Source of the DNA: Felis catus
Lineage: Eukaryota
Direction: 5' to 3'
Assembly (NCBI RefSeq): GCF_018350175.1
Contig: NC_058368.1
Location: 232,874,001-232,938,000, forward strand
DNA length: 64,000 nt
Below are positions 62,345 to 64,000 of the stretch, piece by piece. The notes below the pieces were generated by a model. The model worked only from the letters and a program-made list of their open reading frames with translations. It was not told the origin of the DNA and did not search any database. Position 1 is the first letter of the stretch. Each line of letters begins with the position of its first letter. A program made the position numbers and the translations under genes.

Positions 62345-62610
62345 CCCAAGCAGGTTCCGCACTCTCAGCACAGAGTCCAATGTGGTGCTCAAACCCACAA
62401 ACGATGAGATCATGATCTGATCCAAAATCAAGAGTCAGAGGCTTAACCAACTGAGCCGCCCAGGTGCCGTGAGACAGAGAGAGAATCCCAAGTAGGCTCC
62501 TCACTCAGTGTGGATCCCCACGCAGGGCTCGATCTCAGGAACTGTGATATCGTGACTGAGCTGAAATCAAGAGTTGGGAAGCTCGACTGACTGAGCTACC
62601 CAGGCGCCCC
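62143..62610 (-). mobile_element. Two nested Can-SINEs (inner copy about 62242-62468)
   Basis: The outer copy is split by the inner copy; inner TSD acagagagagaat, outer TSD atcagttta. Confidence 0.88.
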
Positions 62611-63370
62611 ATCAGTTTACCTTTTAAAGTAATTCTGTGAAGAATTTTAAAGTCAGACAAGTGGTTATGGGAATGAAATTTCTATTTATCTGGAATGAAT
62701 ACATGACCCTTCACATTAATAATGTTTATGTTAAGCCATAATTTCACCACTATGAATGGCACATCATTTGGGTATAAGTATATCATATTTACCATAACGG
62801 ACATCCAGCAAATGAGAAAAGAAACAATTTTGAAAGCCTGATGGTCACAACTTTTTTCAGTATTTTCATTTCCAATCAAGTGATACGGAATTTTATAGTT
62901 TGTCACCATCAGACTCGCTCCTGGATTTCCTGTCTTATAAATCAGTATTCTACCTCGTATGGACATTGGCCGGGTACCATTTCTATCTCTTCCGCAACGT
63001 GATCACTAAATATATCTGACTTCTGCTCTGAAGGCTGATTTGAATCTACAGCAATTGTTCATGGTTAGGAATATGTAGACAAAATATAAGAAACATCCCT
63101 GCCATTATCATATCCTTCATCTAAGGCCACACGAACAATCTAAACACCTTCTTGTGTCCCCTTGCTTTTCAATATCTAATACTCTCCAAATACTTTTTGA
63201 GTACCATGGACTAACTAGTTGCCTGAGTTGGTTAGAAAATGGCATGAATGAAATGTTGGGGCATAGTAGAAGGGTCTCGCCCGTGTCTTATATTTGTTAC
63301 AATGTCAGGCATGGATAGCTTGGCTCCTTCCCTGTGCAGTTTCTATGAATGCCATTGTGGATGTGTGCTG

Positions 63371-63407
<37 letters not shown>

Positions 63408-63587
63408 GTCTGAAGGACCTCACTCTGCCCAAATATTTCCACTGTACTATTATCGTAAAACTGTTCTGTTCTCTCTCTTCTTGCCTGAATTGTCTTCCTC
63501 CTTCTTTTCTTTCTAGTGTCTTCTTTGTGGTGGAATCACTGCTTGCTATTGGTGAGGAAAGCCAGTGATCGTGTTCCGCAAAATATT

Positions 63588-63900
63588 CTCATTTATTCAT
63601 TCATTTGACAAATACGTGGTTAATACCTACCACACGCTATTTTTGAGATCTGTGCTGGGAGAAAAAGAAAGTGATGATCACAAGTAAACACAGAAACACC
63701 CCTCCCCCACCATGCAGGCTCTGCAGTCAGGCAGAGAGACATCAGTATATGGTCACAAAAATGCATGCTAAATTATTAGCAACAATGAGAGGAAGAACTG
63801 GCATATGATGGCTTCAGAAATTGTAATATGAAGGGTGATACGGTCAGAGGTCTGGGAAGTCTTTCCAAGGAAGCCATGATTAGGATGAAGATAGGACAAT
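63588..63900 (-). mobile_element. L2 3' end
   Basis: cattcattcatttgacaaata...tacctacca...gtgctggga-type reverse L2 tail. Confidence 0.65.
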
Positions 63901-64000
63901 GGGAGACAACGGAAGTGTTTCGGACGAGGTGTTTGGAGAACGTGGCGGAGAGACGAAGAGCAAGCACTTTGTGGTACAAATACACCTGGGCAGGTAGCTG

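Larger units (their letters stand above)
14567..64000 (+). other. SEMA5A: SEMA5A intron downstream of the exon (>49 kb, 3' end outside the window)
   Basis: The expected next exon (EYQSCNTNPCPELKKTTPWTPW-like) was not found by eye or in the ORF track. Confidence 0.7.

Noticed and set aside
3829..62610. Recurrent ORFs such as MAQSVKRPTSAQVMISRSVSSSPASGSVL and GQRETEHERGRGRERGRHRIGNRLQA
   Set aside because: Translations of Can-SINE bodies, not a gene family.
14567..64000. Additional SEMA5A exons
   Set aside because: I looked by eye for further TSP1-type W/C-rich exons and found none. A tBLASTn with SEMA5A protein would be decisive.

Overview
Mammalian genomic DNA, almost certainly from a felid (cat lineage). 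It carries about 46 tRNA-derived Can-SINEs, several of the young felid SINEC_Fc type with intact target-site duplications (TSDs), plus carnivore L1 3' ends, old L1M/L2/MIR fragments, MLT1 and MLT2 solo LTRs, and MER5A/MER20 DNA-transposon relics. The only coding sequence I can support is one 148-bp internal exon on the + strand (14419-14566) encoding a thrombospondin type-1 repeat segment of semaphorin-5A (SEMA5A). The rest appears to be the two very large flanking introns; I could not find the neighbouring exons by eye. There are no prokaryotic features and no CRISPR array, and I cannot claim a new biological system. The best leads are (i) a 7-copy ~41-bp minisatellite carrying oppositely oriented CCAAT boxes in near helical phase, (ii) a 30.7-33.1 kb zone where retroelement copies appear to have drifted strongly AT->GC (candidate GC-biased gene conversion footprint) next to a 474-nt T-free purine-rich tract, and (iii) the weak, tandem GTG|GTG donor of the SEMA5A exon. 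Repeat subfamily names come from my recollection of consensus sequences; boundaries are approximate and need RepeatMasker/Dfam confirmation.
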